A DNA stretch of 63,412 bases, the filler included, from Reticulomyxa filosa (Eukaryota > Protista > Foraminifera): NCBI GenBank assembly GCA_000512085.1. It is 19 parts of 19 records of this genome, joined end to end, with 100 filler letters (N's around TTAATTAATTAA, not from the genome) between each part and the next. Parts side by side here need not be neighbours in the genome. Positions count along the whole stretch, not along the records: positions 38,185 to 40,180 come from ASPP01004294.1; positions 40,281 to 48,304 come from ASPP01019709.1; positions 48,405 to 49,644 come from ASPP01002876.1; positions 49,745 to 60,530 come from ASPP01010412.1; 15 more parts are not named here. One strand, 5' to 3'. Below are positions 40,145 through 52,755 of this stretch, piece by piece. The number at the start of each line of letters is the position of its first letter. Position 1 is the first letter of the stretch. Below the pieces are notes generated by a model that ran no database searches, was not told the origin of the DNA, and was given only the letters and a program-made list of their open reading frames with translations. Position numbers and translations under genes: made by a program.

Positions 40145-41309
40145 CCAAAATAAAATTTCAAACCAATTTTTTTTTTTTTTNNNNNNNNNNNNNNNNNNNN
40201 NNNNNNNNNNNNNNNNNNNNNNNNTTAATTAATTAANNNNNNNNNNNNNNNNNNNNNNNNNNNNNNNNNNNNNNNNNNNNAAGGAGGAGGAAAATTTAAC
40301 GTTGTACAAATAAAAAAAAGAATATTTGAAATGTGAGCTGTGGATAACTTGCCAATTTTAACTGATCTGCTCATTTTTCTTGGAATCTCTCACAATAAAT
40401 CACGCTATTTTGTGTGAAAATTTAACAAAAGCACCATTTTTGCTTCTCCTTTGTTTTCTGCGGTTTTTGAAACAGAACTTTTGAAAGTAAAAAGAGGGGA
40501 AAAAATTTGTTTGAAAGCACTCTATAAGTTTGCCGCTTGAATCAGCATAACCAAATATTGATCTTATGCTTGTCATTGCACTAAACTTTTTGAAAAATGT
40601 TTGTGTGGTTGAAGCACAAGTACGACACGTGCTGACAGCACCAAAGTGATCACTGTTAGTAGTTTGGAAAATTGAGTTGAAAAAATAAATGTTTTTAAAT
40701 TAAGAAAAAGAAATATTTGTGGTCACTTATAAAGGCTTGTGTTCACCAAACATCATTTAAAAAAACTTATAAATAATTAAATTTTTGTTTAAACTATTGA
40801 TATATTTTATTGTTAAGAATGTCTCATTAAAAACAATAAAAGAGTATCCCTTACTGATATATTTGATGTTGGCATTAAAATTATTCATATGCATTCTCAG
40901 ATTCAGTCTCTATTTTACAACATTTAGATTAATAAATACCAACCTTATAAAATGGACAAACAATATTTTTTAAACATACAGACCCGCACATTTATTGAAA
41001 AAAATAAAAATGCATTTGGTAAACAAAGGACGTTATGTCTAAATCTGAGACAAAAAAATTTGATTGTAGAATGGCAACACAAATAAAAAAAATGAATGAA
41101 AAACAAATATATTGAAATAAAATTATTTTGAGAGTTCATATTTCAAAATAAACCCTGTAAATGTCATAAACGTCATTTATTTGAAAGATATTTTCAATAA
41201 GGTTTGACCTCGACCAACAAAAATATGCACATACTTTACAAATGAGGAAATATGAAGAATTTCCGAACGTCTGTGGCGTGAAGAGCTCCATTACTCCTTT
41301 TTTTGTTTA

Positions 41310-42451
41310 CTACAAAAAAGAATTAATGACATCATTCAAGTCTCTGACCCATAAAAATGATATTTTACACGTTCGAAACCAATGCTCAATGACTACAATT
41401 TCATTTTCGTCTCTCCACTAATGTGCACACAGATATGTTTGATATTCGATTATGTTTGGCAAGACAACGTATATGCATGTATAATATGTAGGGATGAATG
41501 CAAAGAAAGCAAACAAACATTGTTGATAATATCAGCAATTTTAATCTTGAAGTGATGACGTGAGTCCTTATTCTCATGCTTTCCGCCAATGACATGCAAC
41601 CAACAAAGTTGATCATCCACAATAGCACAACTTCCATGAAGAGAAATGGGTAATCGATATTTGGACAACCTCCAAATCTTCAATGAAATAGAATAGCAGT
41701 AAATAGTATCAAAGCTTTTGAGCCCAAATTTACCACCAATTAGCAATATCCAATCCTTGACACGCACAGAAGAATAATCGAACCTACCTCTTAGTTTGTT
41801 ACAAACAGTCAATTTTTGAAATTGGAAATGTTGCACTGTTTCGTCAAATGTGATCAAATATCCATGAAGTCTATTAAAAAATATCATTTGATTGCAGTTA
41901 TCTGTTTTCACAAAACAACTTGCGCCAACAATACAATCAATTGGCAAAGTTCCTTTTGCAAACAACTCGAGATTATGAAGCATTAATACCGATATATTGT
42001 TAGGTCTGTATACGACAAACAAATATTGATTCTTACTTCCTCCCACCACCACACAGGGATCTTCCAAATATGCATTTATTCCTTTTGATTTCTCTTCTGG
42101 TATCCATTCATTGTTTTTTTGAAAATTAGACTGCCACGCCCATACACTGCGATATTTCATCCATGCTACTCTGTTTTGAAAACTTCCGAGCAATAATAGT
42201 GTTACTTCCTCTTCGTTCTCTTCGTTTTCATTAGGAAGCTTTATTATTGCGTGTCCGTTGCACATTCTTTTGTCTTCATAAAAGAGTTTATACTGTTGTG
42301 TCGACATGTTGTACGAGTAGCAAGACGCTATCTTCCAAGTCCCACAGATCAAAATTTCATTTTTGAATACTACGCATTGAGGACGAAATAAACCACAAGG
42401 CAATATATCGAATATTTCCCCCCAACGTGAGGTATTTTGTTTGTTTCCCAT
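41310..42451 (-). CDS. Kelch-type beta-propeller protein of a lineage-expanded family, with the C-terminal VIEHWFR module
   Basis: MGNKQN...LPCGLFRPQCVVFKNEILICG...ILLIGG...LHVIGG. Intron 41518-41418. Last exon WRDENEIVVIEHWFRTCKISFLWVRDLNDVINSFL*. Confidence 0.85.
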
Positions 42452-43726
42452 TTTCAAGTGAGCGAGGAATCATAACTTTTTTAACTTGAACAATGAAATT
42501 AGGAAAGTACATCAACCAATCAGTGATCATTTCATGGTTGCGTAAAAAGTGATATATGATTTGTATTTCAACTAATCTGATTAGTTTTACATAGCAAAAT
42601 TTTCTTTAGGAATTAATTGTAATATTTTTTAAAGATTAAAAATTTCAAACAAGTGAATTTGCTTTTGGTCAACACTGTTTAAAAAACTAAACACCGAGCA
42701 ATCACAATTTTGCAAGCAAACACCTGGAATTTTCGATTTCCAAACACAAAGTCGTTGGAATCCAATTGTTGATTTTCACGAAATCACAACTAAAATTCAC
42801 AACAAACAAAACAAGTTTAATAACATACACCGCAATTTTTTTTTTTTTGAAAATCCATTTTCAGAATCAATATGAAACAATTTTTTTAATCATATTTATC
42901 ATGTGAAGGAATTTTGATCTGTCATCCTTCCATTTGTTTTGCGATGTTTGGTTTTATTTTTTAACTTTATTTTCACTTCATTTTTTCTCAAAATATCAAT
43001 TTTTTGAAAGCTTGTCTATTTTAAAAAAAAAAACAACTATATTTCGCACTTGGAAAAAAAAATAACAAACCATCATCACGAAAAAAATGATCAGATTATG
43101 TCTGAAATTAATCACTTTTTTCATGTTGAAGGAATTGTTAGTCATCACGTGCAAAACAAACGTTTTCTCTTCTGCACACCTTAAACATTTTCACTGCATT
43201 TATTTCACCATTATCGTAATTTTTGTGCGATTTTTCGCAACCTATTTTTTATTTGTTTTATTGGCTTTTTTTGTTCTCATCCAATTTTAAAAAAAATTTT
43301 AAAAGAAAAAAAATCAGTCGCAAAATTTTAAGAATGTTTAAAAAAAAACAAAACACTTCTATTTTATCAGCATTAAGGTTAAGACGGGGCAAGAAGTTAC
43401 TCTCATCTCTTCGTTTTTTTTTTTCTTACAATATATTTAATTACCTTTTGTTTTTTTTTGCAAAAATTAAACAAGCAAAACAAGTGTACAACCGAAAGGG
43501 AGTTTTCATTGAACGTTTAGTTTTTTTTAAAGAGGGCTTGCAGACTTTGTAAGATAAATATTTTGATTTACAAAATTTTGATTCATTTCTCCAACAAAAC
43601 TAAAACTCAAAAGTTATGTGAGCAAAATCCAATCAATCTAATATTGGACTGTGCGAAGAGGGGGAGGGACTTTTAGTTTTGTGTAGAACACTTTTAACAC
43701 AGAATATTGCACTCAAATAATTAGTA

Positions 43727-45344
43727 ATGGGACAGTCGGCAAGTTTTGGAACGACCCACGCGTTTACAAAGTCGAGTTCGCGATTGGATTCGAATGATTT
43801 TGACCATGAGGGTATCTTTGCACGTTATTATTATGACACAGCAGTGGCGGAGAAAGGAGGAGAAGTAGGAAGCGAGGAAAAAATGGAAGGAGAGAAGGGC
43901 AGAAAGAAGAAGGAGAAAAAGACGAAGCACATATGACAGTGCGAACGAACTACGCGCGAATTCGCGACCCAGTATCGCACAAGCTAGAGCATTGGTTGGG
44001 TATTGGGTTGCACAGTAAGTATGACGGGAAGAAAGCGCTACGTAAGTACGGTCGACCACGAGTGCGGTTGGTGATAGTATTGGACGTATCAGGTTCGATG
44101 TCGGATTCATTGGAATGCGGAGAAGGTTCAGAGCGCACCTCAAAGATGGAAGTGGCAAAGAGCAGTCTGTTATCAATGTTGAAGCAATTGAAAGAGGACG
44201 ATTGGTTGTCGATCGTCACGTTTAACACTGAGGCCAACGTGGCGTACCCATTGACACAATGGAAGCAAGCGAACGCAGAAGATGTGAAAAAGAAGATTGG
44301 CGAGTTGAAAGCAGGAGGAGGAACAGATTTGGGGATAGCATTTTTGGCCGCGCAGCATGTGTTTGAATCGCAAGAAGTATTGCGTAGCAATAATGTGAAT
44401 GATGATAAAGACAAACCAGTAAAGGCATCATCACATATTGAAAATCGTATAATGTTTTTCACAGATATGCAACCGACGAGTGGAGAAACTCAAAAAGGGG
44501 GTCTTTTTGCTCTTGCCGATGAATGCGGTGCCAAAGGTGTATACACCACTTTTGTTGGCATTGGACAAGACTTTGGTGCGGAATTGACCCAACATATCAC
44601 CACCAATTTGAGAGGTGGACAATACATGACCATTCGCAATGCTCGCGAATTTGAGGATTTGATGACTGAAAATTTTGACTACAGTGTCTTCCCTGTTGCC
44701 TTTGACTTCCAATTGCAACTGACTGATCCTGTAGATGCACAAAAAAATGCTGCTGCTGACTCGCATGTTAATTCTTTTGCCATTGACCATGTCTATGGCA
44801 CTCGACTGCTTTCACTGACAAAGTCATGTCCGTCAAAACTCTGTTCCCTTCACACATTGACGAACATGGCGTCACTAAAGGCTGCATGGTCTTGTTGAAA
44901 CTTAAACCTTTGTCTTTGGCCTCGTCGTCCACGCTTGCCATCAGCTACAGCTTTGAAAATGCTCTCACTGGACAGACGGAAGTGCATACGTGCAATGCAC
45001 TCTTGGACTTGTCGCAGTCTGATGAGGAGTTAATTCAGACCACTGGGGTACGTAAGGTTGTCCTTTTGACACATTTCACCAATTTGTGTCGTGCTATCCT
45101 TTGTCGTGTTCCCATCACCAATGCCACTGGCATTCCTGCTGACCCGAAATTGACTGACAATCCTAGTGTAAACTCCAATGCTGATGTCAACGCGTCTTCC
45201 TCAAATGGCGAGTCTCTACTCTCCATTAAGGATGTCATTGAGTCATTTAAACATTATTATTCCACCACTTCCAAGGCTTTGCAAGATTCCTCTCTCGATG
45301 AACAATTGCTTCTTCTTGATTCTATCGCCGAACGATTTCAATAA
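43727..45344 (+). CDS. von Willebrand factor A domain protein, intronless, two apparent single-base deletions
   Basis: MIDAS motif LVIVLDVSGSM, plus GGGTD, ENRIMFFTD, YTTFVGIGQDF and VKTLFPS...KGCMVLLKLK. Split into three overlapping ORFs with shifts at ~43890 and ~44800. Confidence 0.88.
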
Positions 45345-45666
45345 AGATTTTGTTTTTTTTTTTTAATTAGTTTCTTTGCTTTGTTTCTCTATATTAACAT
45401 AAACAGTTTATTCTGTTTGATTGTTTTTAGTTAGTTTTCCTTTGTCAAAATAATCTTGAATTTTGTCACCTATGTCAAAGAGAAATGTTACCACAGTAAC
45501 AAAAAACATTGCAAATTAAGCTTCGCAAAAGACAATTTGATTCCACATCTATCAATACAAAAAGATTGTCTCCATTGGAAATAAACAAAAATTAATTAAA
45601 AGGGAACACACGTGTTCCTTGACAGCCGAGAAAAAAAAACATTAAAAAAATCTTGATTGATTATCA

Positions 45667-47397
45667 ATGTGGTCATCGATAAAAAATCGACTCTCCAAAA
45701 GCACATTGCTGAACACTCCCTCTATGCAACCATCGCCCTTTTTGATGCATCTGGCAGTGTTAGTAGTAGGCCTCTTTTTCTTTGGACTGCTATTGATATC
45801 AATATTGATAGGATTTCATCCACCTCAACCAGACACGCCATTGATAATGCGGCAATATGGGCATGGTCACGCAGCAGGAGTTCATTCTAGTCGACACGGT
45901 TATAGTGACCATGGAGACAGTAGTCCGATCAAAGAATATGTGATGTCTCCGGATTCGATATTTGTAGCAATGCCAAGTCTAAACGATCCAGGTACACGAC
46001 AAAGGGTAGAAGAGGAGGAGGAGGTATCTATCAGGCAATACCAATAAGCAGGACGAGTTTTGAACATTGAATTCGATTTGAATTGTTTTGATTTGTGTCT
46101 GATCTGTGTTGTGTGCGATTGCAATTATTGTAGATTGTGCAGCATCCGTGGCGTCGGCCTTTGGAGCGGCAAGCGATCCAGACCGAATATTCTTTGGAAT
46201 CTATCAGCAATCGGATACAAAGCAGTATCAAGACTGTCTGAATGTTACAACATTGAACTGTCCAAAGCATCCGCTGTGTTCTCGTCTGTGGCAAGTGCGA
46301 GTCAGTCGAGTGCCGCCAAGCGATGCCAAAGGTCCAACGTGGGGTAGATACATGGCAGGTAATTAGGTGTGTGTCTGTGTTCCAAATTTTAAATTTATGT
46401 ATTTATTATATTATTATTGTTATCGTTTTTATTAATTTTTTTTTTTTTTTGCAAAACAAAGACAGACTGTACCAAAATGAAAAATGGTATTTGATAACGG
46501 ACTCACATACCTTTTTTAGAAAAGGATGGGACGACCATTTGATTAAATTATGGCATAGTGCAAACAACCCATATGCGATCATTACGCACTATCCCAGAGG
46601 AGAGGACGTCATGAACAAAACCCTTTCTTCGTGGGAAACAGATCCAACTATGACGGTGTCATATCACCTTTGCGGGTCCCTTTTCGAAAGTTAGTTCAAA
46701 TTTTTTTTTTTTTTTTTTTAATTTTATTTTTTTAAATTGTAGCTGTTATTGTTTGTTATAATAATAATAATAATAATAATAAAAAATGAACCACAATTCA
46801 ACAACTCAAAAAGGCTCGGAAAATCGTATGCCACGCAATGCAAATGGTTGCTATGTTCTGGTAAAAGACTTGTCGAAACCAATATTGGTACCCTTTTGGG
46901 GAGGTGGGTTTGCCTTCAGCGAAGGCAAGCTGTTGAAAGAAGTACCTTTGGATCCCAATACGCCTTGGCTGTTCCACGGAGAAGAGTTCCACTTTGCTTC
47001 GCGGGCATGGACGCATGGCTATGACTTTTACAGTCCTCCTTACGATGTCATGTTCCACCGGTACGCCAACAAGGCCAAACGGGGACGTATGCAGTACAAT
47101 ACCGAAGTGGCTTCCCTGCGTGACGCCAGCGAAAAACGGATCAATGCTTTGTGGGGCCTATTGGAACTGCGCACTCCTGATCCGGAGCGAATACAGAAAG
47201 CAAATCTTGTCGATTTAGATAAATACCCTCTTGGGGACAAACGCACGCTTCAGCAATTTTGGAAATTTGTTGGGATCAATCCGACCACTTTACAAGTTAC
47301 TGTTTGGAAAGAGTCACTCTGGGCTTCCGGGGGCTTGGAACGAGTCCCTTGGAACTCACCTCATGTCGATCCTGTCTTGAAAAAAATTGCGTCTTAA
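45667..47397 (+). CDS. GT60-family N-acetylglucosaminyltransferase (Gnt1/Gnt2-like), type II membrane, 4 exons
   Basis: Exons 45667-45991, 46134-46358, 46462-46689 and 46814-47397. Motifs SIFVAMPS, AKGPTWGRY, TDSH, PFWGGGFAFS, EVPLDP, LFHGEE, RAWTHGYDFYSP. N-terminal TM anchor. Confidence 0.9.
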
Positions 47398-47950
47398 TGC
47401 CATCATTACACTCATTGCACAACCTTTCTTTACTATTTGAACATATACTACATGTCTCTTTTAGATTTGCGCAACCAAATTTCATTCAAACATTTTTTCC
47501 ACATCAGTTTTCAATTTTTTGTACTCTTGGATTCGTTGCCATTTTTGCAATCGCGAGTACTTGAAATAAAAATACTCTTCCGTTGATTTGCTAGCTGCGT
47601 TTTTTTTTCTTTCCATAAGTGGCTTATTTCAAATTGTTCCACTTTTATCACTTCTAACGTGTTATCCATGGACTCGATCAAAATGTTAAACTTTCCCCCT
47701 TTTTATATCCATTGCTAAGTTTATTATGCTGATATATCCTTGCAATTAAATATAATCACTGTCTACACGGTTCAATATTATTGATTATGGATGTATATTG
47801 TCTGTACGATTTGCAATTACTTTTGATCAGCGGAGCAGCAGTGCTGAACGTTTCCAGCTTTGAAGTGTGGTCCCTTAGAAGTAGAATTTCATTTCTTCAT
47901 TTTTTTTAACCGGCAAATATTATTAAACAAAGAAATAAAGAGATCTCATA

Positions 47951-48220
47951 ATGTATGATGATATCATTCATTTAGCAATGGATCAGCAATTGCTGACCGA
48001 AATAAGAGAAAGGGATGTTGTTAATTACAAAAAGCTGCCTTTGTGGAAAGAATTGCAAAAATCAGGAGACACGACAGATTTGGAAGAAAAGCTGTCAGAA
48101 GAGAAGCAACTGACATTTGAAAATATATTTTTCAAAGAGCCTGTTGGTTATCATTTGATGAAATCTTTTTTGATTAACGAACACAGTGTAGATAAAGCAG
48201 TGTTTTTGTCAGACGTGGAG
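47951..48220 (+). CDS. RGS/RH-domain protein, probably GPCR-kinase (GRK)-like; first exon only
   Basis: LSEEKQLTFENIFFKEPVGYHLMKSFL...AVFLSDVE resembles the start of the GRK RH domain (TFEKIF...GYLLFRDF). The kinase domain is not in the contig. Confidence 0.6.
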
Positions 48221-49744
48221 GTTAGTGGCATTACCTTCAAAGCAAAAAAAAAAAAAAAAATTTTTTTTTTTTTTTTTGGAATTCCCCTTGACATCATCTC
48301 CCTTNNNNNNNNNNNNNNNNNNNNNNNNNNNNNNNNNNNNNNNNNNNNTTAATTAATTAANNNNNNNNNNNNNNNNNNNNNNNNNNNNNNNNNNNNNNNN
48401 NNNNTAATAACAAAAGAACAAAGACATAGTAACAAGAACTATAAAACTTGCATTTGCGTCATGTGTCAAGACCAGGTCCAATTGCTAATAGCAAGCTCGT
48501 TGACTCAGAAAACCTCTTTGCAATTGAAGAAAGAGTTGACGCATAAATGGCTGCATACTGATCAATGGAATCTACTGCGTACACAGAAAGTAGCGACGAA
48601 GACAAATGGACAATCATCTTTTCCATGACCATTGGTCAAAAGACCAGATCAATAGAAAAAATTTCAACTTGAAGATATTTTGGACGTTCAAGTTATGTAT
48701 ATTTATATATTATTCAAATTTGTGACAAATTTTTTTTTTTTTTTTGGATCGTAATGCATGCTTATGTGTTGTAACAGATATTGGACAAAAAAAAAATGGG
48801 GAAAGAGGCGGTACATTTTATTGGATGGGCGGAGCGTTGGGATGATCGAACACAGCTTTCGCTTTTTGATGCATTTTCTGGAGTGTAATGCATATAATGA
48901 AGACAGCTGTATTCGAAAAAAGAGACATCGTCATGAGACAGCTTTACCTCCTATAAAAAAAAATAGTAGTGGAGACAAAGAAGACCGAAGTAACAGCAAA
49001 GCCGGTCATGCTGTCCTCTTGTATTTCTCTACAAGCCAAAACTCAACATTATAAATTTCAAAATCACCGTTTGTGTTATCAACTAAGCGATGGTAACGCA
49101 ACCCAGCACATTTAGTTGATGTGTTTGTTCAAATAAATAGCAGTACTGATGCTATTTCATTTGTATAATGTGACGCAATAATTATCATCCAGTCTGTTTT
49201 TCTTTGCGTCAAGTGTTATCATCTCCAATTGACATGTGGTCTTTATTGATAAATACACTCATCTGATTTTCATTTTTGTTCCATGCTTCCTCCTCATTTT
49301 CATGAGTGCACTTGCTATTTAGCACAGAAACCGACAAATGATCAGATTTGTGAATGTCTATGAAAGAATCGTGATCGTGTTTGCTCGTAGTTTTGTTGTG
49401 AGTGGAATAGTTGTATTGATGGTTTTATCTCTTGAATTTAAATTTTTTGCTTTCAAACACGAAAATTATTTCTACACAACAACATGCTTACTGATCAGAT
49501 CCTGGTTTCTTTTTTGGGGTAACAAAAATTGGAAGATCAGATATTAGTTGATTCATCTGGTGAGGGAAAAAAAGGCAAAACAAAACAAAATAAAATAAAA
49601 AAAAAAGAGCACAAAACAAAATCCACAAACAGATCTAAAAAAGGNNNNNNNNNNNNNNNNNNNNNNNNNNNNNNNNNNNNNNNNNNNNTTAATTAATTAA
49701 NNNNNNNNNNNNNNNNNNNNNNNNNNNNNNNNNNNNNNNNNNNN

Positions 49745-50520
49745 TTGTGGTATATGTTACTCCTCTATGTTCTTTTGCGTGTGTGTGTGTGTGTGTATGT
49801 AGGGAAAGGTAAGAAATTTCCGGAAATTTCAGACACACATAATACTTGTATATATGTGTATATATATGTACATATATAAAGGACCTCTACGATTATTGGC
49901 GTGGGAAATCTTTGATCGATTGAACAAAGAACAAGTGCGGTGCAACTTGGAAACGGGCGAAGAGCGATGCATCGAAGAAGACGTGGGTCTGACGGCGTGC
50001 ACGACGGAGATGGTGAACATGGAAGAAATATACGACGTGGCGGTGCTGGACGAGATTCAGATAATGTCAGCGACGAGTCGCGGCGGGGCGTGGACGAGGG
50101 CACTGTTGGGAATTCGTGCGAAGGAGCTCCATTTATGTGGAGACGAATCGGTGAAACAATTGGTAGGCGTGTTGGCACAGCGATGCGGCGACGATATTGA
50201 GTTCCGCGAATACAAGCGACTGTGTCCTTTGCGCGTGGACAAGCCTTTGACCAACTTTACGGACATTCGCAAAGGAGATTGCATCGTCGGGTTTTCGCGC
50301 AACGACATTTACGAACTCAAGCGAAGCGTCGAAAGCACCACTCCTTTCCGCTGCGCACTGGTCTACGGTAGGCTGCCCCCTCCCAATCGTCGCACACAAG
50401 CGCAATTGTTCAATGATCAAGAGATTCCTTACGATGTCCTGATTGCATCTGATGCCATTGGTACATTACAAATATAAATACATAAATTATAAATACATAA
50501 AATATAAATAATTATTATTG

Positions 50521-50558
<38 letters not shown>

Positions 50559-51450
50559 GGAATGGGATTAAATTTAAATATCAATCGTGTAATCTTTAGC
50601 ACATTGACGAAACGTGTGAAGTGGGTAGACGTACCTTTGACGGTGAGTGAGATATTGCAGATCGGTGGACGCGCGGGCAGATTTGGACTGTACAACGAGG
50701 GCTATGTGACGTGCATGAACAAAGAAGACCATACCACGTTGAAAGAGATATTCGAAACAAACATGCGCCCCCCAATCGGCCGTCGGGCCACGTTGTATCC
50801 CGAGAAGAGTCATGTGCACTACGTTTGCGAAAATTTCCCTTGGCTCAAATTCGACGACGTCTTGAGGTCCTTTGTCAATCCCAAACAAATAGACAAGGAT
50901 ATGGAGTTCTCCACTCCGGAAATGCTCGAAATGATTTCCATTGCCTCCGCCATTCGAGATATTCCTTTGTCTGCTGATGACAAATATACTTTCTGTTCCG
51001 CGCCTATGCGAGAAAGTTTTGACCTTTTTTTTTATTCTATAATATTTATTCACTTACATTGCTCTTTCCTCATTTGATCATCATCATCATCATCATCACC
51101 ATCATCATCCCCATCCTCTTCGTAACAAAACAATAGATAATCTTGATACATTGAGTTTTATTCAAAAATGGGCCGTCTTAGTCTCGCAAGATCAATTTGT
51201 GCCATTGGAATTGGACGAAAGTACATTGGCGCACTTGGACTTAGGTAAAGTAGAGACCTTCCATTCCATTATTCAGAGCTACAACTATTTGAGATGGAGG
51301 TTCCCTTTGTTTGTCGATGGACACAAGTGCGAACATCTCTTGAATAAGTGCGCTCAAATCATTCAGGATGAATTTGATACTCTTACCTTGTCCAACAAAG
51401 AAGAGTATTTTAGAAACACCAATTTGGGCACTGCTGTCAGCGACGCTTAA
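49745..51450 (+). CDS. SUV3: SUV3 mitochondrial ATP-dependent RNA helicase, 5'-truncated
   Basis: CG|PLRLLAWE, VAVLDEIQ, RGGAWTRALLG, ELHLCG, LIASDAIG|MGLNLNI, QIGGRAGRFG. Introns 49750-49881, 50461-50559 and 51016-51136. Confidence 0.96.
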
Positions 51451-52407
51451 CAACACAACTTACACATTTTTTTTTTTCTCAATCTTTTTTTTTTTGAGGT
51501 TAAAATTTGTCAGTTTCGAGCAACGGGGCAAATTCATTAAAAAAAAAAAAAAAAGTGACGAGAGGTGCTTCAATCAAATGTTGTATTGCTATGAAACCTT
51601 CTCGCTTTTTTTTGTTTGTGTGTTGTTCTTGAATGGATTGATCCACCTCTATCGCTTTTTTTCCAGTTATTATTTGACTATTAAATTTGTTTTGTCTGAT
51701 TTTTTTCTCAGCACTTTTTTTCCTCTCACTGTTCTTCTTTTGTTTCTGTTTCAGAGAGGATTAGACAAGCATGTTTGTTGCACTCTTGATTATGCTCTTT
51801 ATAATTGCAAATGACAGACAGCACTCGTATATTCAATATCATTTTTCTGACACGTGTGCGACAGAGACATTTTCATACTGCAAGGTTCATTAATACTTAT
51901 TGCAGAGTGGATAAGATTTATTAGCGCAAATAAATTCAGAAAAATAACTAAAGCATATTATATTTTAGAGTATCTTTTGATATATTGTCTCTAATCTTAG
52001 GTGTTGTTGGGCATTTTTTTGAACAGTGGGACGAAAATTTTAATTGCATACTTTGATATTTTAAAGCATGTATTATCACGTGGTAACAAAGTACTCAAAA
52101 AATATAAAAGATTAGCATTGGCTCGATCTGTTTTTATTTCGAGGTGGCTCTCGTAACATTACCGAAGTTACTGTGATTACTCTTGCTCTAAAAGGATGTC
52201 AACAACTTTTTTTTTGATCAAACGAAAAAAAAACTTTCAAGTGAACTTTTTCACACTTCCACAAAAAAAGCAATGAAAGTGTCGATTTCAAGTAGAGCAG
52301 GAAAAAAATCACTTTACACAAAACCAAACGTATAATCAAATTCATAAGCAAAAGTGAGCTTCAACACCAACAAACCAGGAAAAGGTTTGGAAATGGAACA
52401 GTCTACT

Positions 52408-52755
52408 CTACACTTGGACACAATAGCAAACCACTAGGCAATGCAAATGGTCAGTGTCTACCTTGACAGTGATGGCAACGTCAGTTTTTGGCTGCCACCA
52501 GAATGCAGTGTTCTTTTTGTACCCACTTCCTCTTGGCAATATAATGCAATCGGTGATGTATTTGTAATTGGGTAGCTTTTTTTCTTTCAACAAACCTTGT
52601 GCACATTCCACTATCTTGTCTACCCACGTGTTCACAAATTTGCTTTGGAAATCACTTTCTTCCAACACGTCTTTTATCTCTTTTTCCAATTTTGCTGTTA
52701 ATTGTTCCACGCTTGCTTCATCCCATCCTTTCTTATCTTTTTCCTTTGACGCCAT
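52408..52755 (-). CDS. Tctex-1 family dynein light chain, intronless
   Basis: VNTWVDKIVE...PNYKYITDCIIL...FWWQPKTD...HLHCLVVCYCV; 115 aa. Confidence 0.88.
   Translation of the reverse strand: MASKEKDKKGWDEASVEQLTAKLEKEIKDVLEESDFQSKFVNTWVDKIVECAQGLLKEKKLPNYKYITDCIILPRGSGYKKNTAFWWQPKTDVAITVKVDTDHLHCLVVCYCVQV

Noticed and set aside
49803-49808. Possible 6-nt microexon (ag|GGAAAG|gtaag) in the SUV3 intron
   Set aside because: Direct splicing of CG to PLRLLA already gives the canonical motif, and an insertion would disrupt it.
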